Below, piece by piece: positions 58,312 to 60,681 of a DNA stretch of 60,681 nucleotides. A program made the position numbers and the translations under genes. Source of the stretch: Candidatus Moraniibacteriota bacterium. GTDB taxonomy: Bacteria > Patescibacteriota > Minisyncoccia > Moranbacterales > UBA2206. Numbering within the stretch: the stretch's first letter is position 1; the number at the start of each line of letters is the position of its first letter. Below the pieces are notes generated by a model that worked only from the letters and a program-made list of their open reading frames with translations, had not been told where the DNA came from and did no database searches. The DNA is taken from the NCBI GenBank assembly GCA_003483065.1, contig DMWY01000013.1:1-60681 (forward strand), read 5' to 3'.

Positions 58312-60306
58312 ATGACAGAAGTTAATATAAAGAGACTAGTTGATAATATAAACAAAATCAATATTTACACCCCGATTGTAGAAGCAATCGTGAATTCCAT
58401 GCATTCAATCAACGAAGCTAAGAGGAATGATGGAGAGATTGTTGTCACAATAAAAAGGGATAGTCAGGCGAGGCTTGGTATCGCCGGAGATATTTTGCCG
58501 GTAATTTGCGGCATAGAAATTACAGATAATGGAGTTGGGTTTAATAGTGAGAATAAGAGTTCTTTTAATAAGGTTTATAGCGACCGAAAAATTTCTATTG
58601 GTGGTAAGGGGTTTGGACGATTTTCTTTTTTGAAATGTTTCGATGATGTCAGGGTAAAAAGTATTTATAAGGAGAAGAATAAATATTTCAAACGAGAATT
58701 TGACTTTATAATCGATGATGACATTATTAAAAACGAAGAAAATAAACCAGTAGAAAATAAAGATGCAAATACGACATTGATATTGGAAAAGATGAAAACC
58801 GAATATCAGTATAGATTGGATAAGAAGCTTGAAACCATAGCAAGAAAATTATTGGAAAAGCTGTTGGTATATTTTGTAATCGACGATTTCAAATGTCCAA
58901 AAATAACCATCCAGGAAAAAGGTGGGCGTGGGGCAATTGTGTTGAATGATTATTTTATTAAAAATAAATCCATAACAAAAATTGAAGATAAGGAATTTAC
59001 CTTAACAACTATTGATTCGAGTAAAAAAGAAAAGTTTAGAATTAAGGTGTTCAAGATTTTTTATGGTGATAGCAGAAGTTCAATAAATTTAGTTGCACAC
59101 AACAGACAAGTTACGGAAGAAGCTTTGTATGTTTATGTTCCTGAATTTAAGGATGACTTCTATGATGAGATTGTTAATGAAGATGGGCAAAAGATTCAAA
59201 AGAATTATAAGATTAAAACCTATATTATGGGGAAATATTTAGATGAAAATGTTTCTTTGGAGAGAAGTGAATTTGAGTTTCACGACAACAGTGATTTACT
59301 GTATCCATTTTCTCAGAAAGAGATAGAAAAAGAGGCTGCAAACATTACAAAAGAAGTTTTTCGCGGAGAGGTTCTCACGAGACAAGAAAAAAAGAATAAG
59401 AGAATAAAGGAATATGTGGATCATAACGCTCCTTGGCAAAAATCATATCTTGCGGAACTAGATTTATCTTCTTTATCTTTTGATATTAATGATTCAGAAA
59501 TTGAAAGTGAACTAGAGAAAATTAGATTTCAAAAGGAACAAACTGCAAAAAATCAAATAGCAAAAATTTTACAAGAAGAGGATGGCGATTTGTCTGAAAA
59601 AATTAATGGAATAATTGGACAAATTACGGAAATTGGAAAAAGTGAATTGGCGCATTATGTCGCCCTACGAAAAGCTGTGCTAGATTTATTTAGAAAGGGA
59701 TTAACTTGGAATGACGAAAGGAAGTATGAGAAAGAAAAGGTTATCCATGATATTATCTTTCCGACCTCTACCGATTCCGATAGCACGCCATATGAGAAAC
59801 ATAATCTTTGGATAATCGATGAAAGATTGAGTTTTCACGAATATCTTGCTTCAGATAAACCCCTTAATAGTAATGATGAAAGACCAGATATATTGATATT
59901 TGATAAAAAAATTTCGGTTAGGAGTGGGAATGAGCTAAGCAATCCAATAATTGTCTTTGAATTCAAGAGACCAGAGAGATCAATATATGATGAAAATGAT
60001 GATCCAATAAAACAAATTGGATGTTATGTAGAAAAAATAAGACAACAAAAATTTAAAAATCCGGACGGCAGAACTATTTCGGCAAATGAGAATACACCAG
60101 CATACGGTTTTTTGATTTGTGATTTATCACCAAAAATAAAGGAATTTTGTCGAGATCATTCATTGACTGAAAGTCCAGATCAAGATGGTTATTTTGGATT
60201 CCACTCAGGGTATAAAATGTATATAGAGGTTATGAACTTTAACAAGCTAGTTGGCGATGCTGAACTTAGAAATAAAATATTTTTTAAGAAACTGGGAATT
60301 GAGTAA
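58312..60306 (+). CDS. GHKL-superfamily (MORC-like) ATPase with a C-terminal PD-(D/E)XK-type nuclease motif
   Basis: N box EAIVNSMHS, G1 box ITDNGVGF, G2 box GGKGFGRFS; C-terminus ERPDILIFD...NPIIVFEFKRPE. Confidence 0.78.
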   Translation: MTEVNIKRLVDNINKINIYTPIVEAIVNSMHSINEAKRNDGEIVVTIKRDSQARLGIAGDILPVICGIEITDNGVGFNSENKSSFNKVYSDRKISIGGKGFGRFSFLKCFDDVRVKSIYKEKNKYFKREFDFIIDDDIIKNEENKPVENKDANTTLILEKMKTEYQYRLDKKLETIARKLLEKLLVYFVIDDFKCPKITIQEKGGRGAIVLNDYFIKNKSITKIEDKEFTLTTIDSSKKEKFRIKVFKIFYGDSRSSINLVAHNRQVTEEALYVYVPEFKDDFYDEIVNEDGQKIQKNYKIKTYIMGKYLDENVSLERSEFEFHDNSDLLYPFSQKEIEKEAANITKEVFRGEVLTRQEKKNKRIKEYVDHNAPWQKSYLAELDLSSLSFDINDSEIESELEKIRFQKEQTAKNQIAKILQEEDGDLSEKINGIIGQITEIGKSELAHYVALRKAVLDLFRKGLTWNDERKYEKEKVIHDIIFPTSTDSDSTPYEKHNLWIIDERLSFHEYLASDKPLNSNDERPDILIFDKKISVRSGNELSNPIIVFEFKRPERSIYDENDDPIKQIGCYVEKIRQQKFKNPDGRTISANENTPAYGFLICDLSPKIKEFCRDHSLTESPDQDGYFGFHSGYKMYIEVMNFNKLVGDAELRNKIFFKKLGIE

Positions 60307-60478
60307 GCACAAGGCATCAAGTTGGGGGTAGGTTTTAAGAACGATGTATCACTATCTCAAAGACTACATTTATTACAGCGAACTCTATGATCGCAAGACT
60401 ATCAATGATTGCGAATGTTAGGATAGTGAAGTTTGTGATGTTAATGCAAAGAGTCAAGGTAAAAATAAATAAAAAAAT

Positions 60479-60664
60479 ATGGCTCAATTTTTTGGAGGCA
60501 GAAGTAAATTTTTAGTGATTATGCAAAAAGCAAACTATATTACCGCAATAATAATGTGGATTATTTTGGTATATTTAATTTATCGATATGTGGGACAATT
60601 TAGATCAGCTTCAATAGTATCTTTTGTCATATTGAATGTTCTATATCTTCCAATAATGTATTAG
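60479..60664 (+). CDS. Small two-TM membrane protein (hypothetical)
   Basis: YITAIIMWIILVYLIYRYV and IVSFVILNVLYLPIM. At the contig edge. Confidence 0.35.
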   Translation: MAQFFGGRSKFLVIMQKANYITAIIMWIILVYLIYRYVGQFRSASIVSFVILNVLYLPIMY

Positions 60665-60681
60665 ACCTCTTGCGAAATAAA

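Overview
AT-rich, gene-dense bacterial contig. Most genes lack Shine-Dalgarno sequences, short palindromic repeats occur even inside genes, and there is a 23S-IVS-type four-helix-bundle gene, a type IV pilus/competence set and a minimal housekeeping set. Together these suggest a Patescibacteria/CPR-like genome (inference only). TGA is a normal stop, so the standard code applies.

Left ~37.8 kb is chromosomal backbone:
- uvrC
- a tandem family of four Cys-rich secreted proteins, three of them paired with a small membrane protein; the array is interrupted by a diverged uvrC 3' relic and an AbiEi/AbiEii pair, and an IS5-family IS with a -1 frameshift site follows it
- uvrA, lgt, two tRNA-Ser, comFC
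- a 14-gene type IV pilus cluster (pilM/N/O-like, pilB, receiver, pilT, pilC, two pilins, pilD, four minor pilins)
- ligA, gatC, gatA, and tRNA-fMet/Met/Asp

The right ~22.8 kb starts directly after tRNA-Asp and is a mosaic mobile island:
- a large serine recombinase
- a G+C-richer five-gene membrane/lipoprotein cassette with GGAGG ribosome-binding sites, bracketed by ~62-nt direct repeats
- a ParB-methyltransferase plus a second methyltransferase
- small and large terminase genes and an excisionase-like HTH
- a translationally coupled ~12-kb operon: PLD-SNF2 helicase, Eco57I-type N6-adenine methyltransferase, a 1165-aa orphan, and a GHKL ATPase fused to a PD-(D/E)XK-like nuclease

This last operon is my best candidate for an undescribed defence system. 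It shares parts with class 1 DISARM but lacks the DISARM, BREX and type I core genes.

Other points worth follow-up: in-frame palindromic insertions in uvrC, comFC, ligA and a pseudopilin leader; an AT-rich palindromic element that in one copy carries the four-helix-bundle gene; and a conserved strictly C-terminal motif in the Cys-rich family.

No rRNA genes or CRISPR arrays were seen. All protein calls come from motif recognition by eye; no database search was run.
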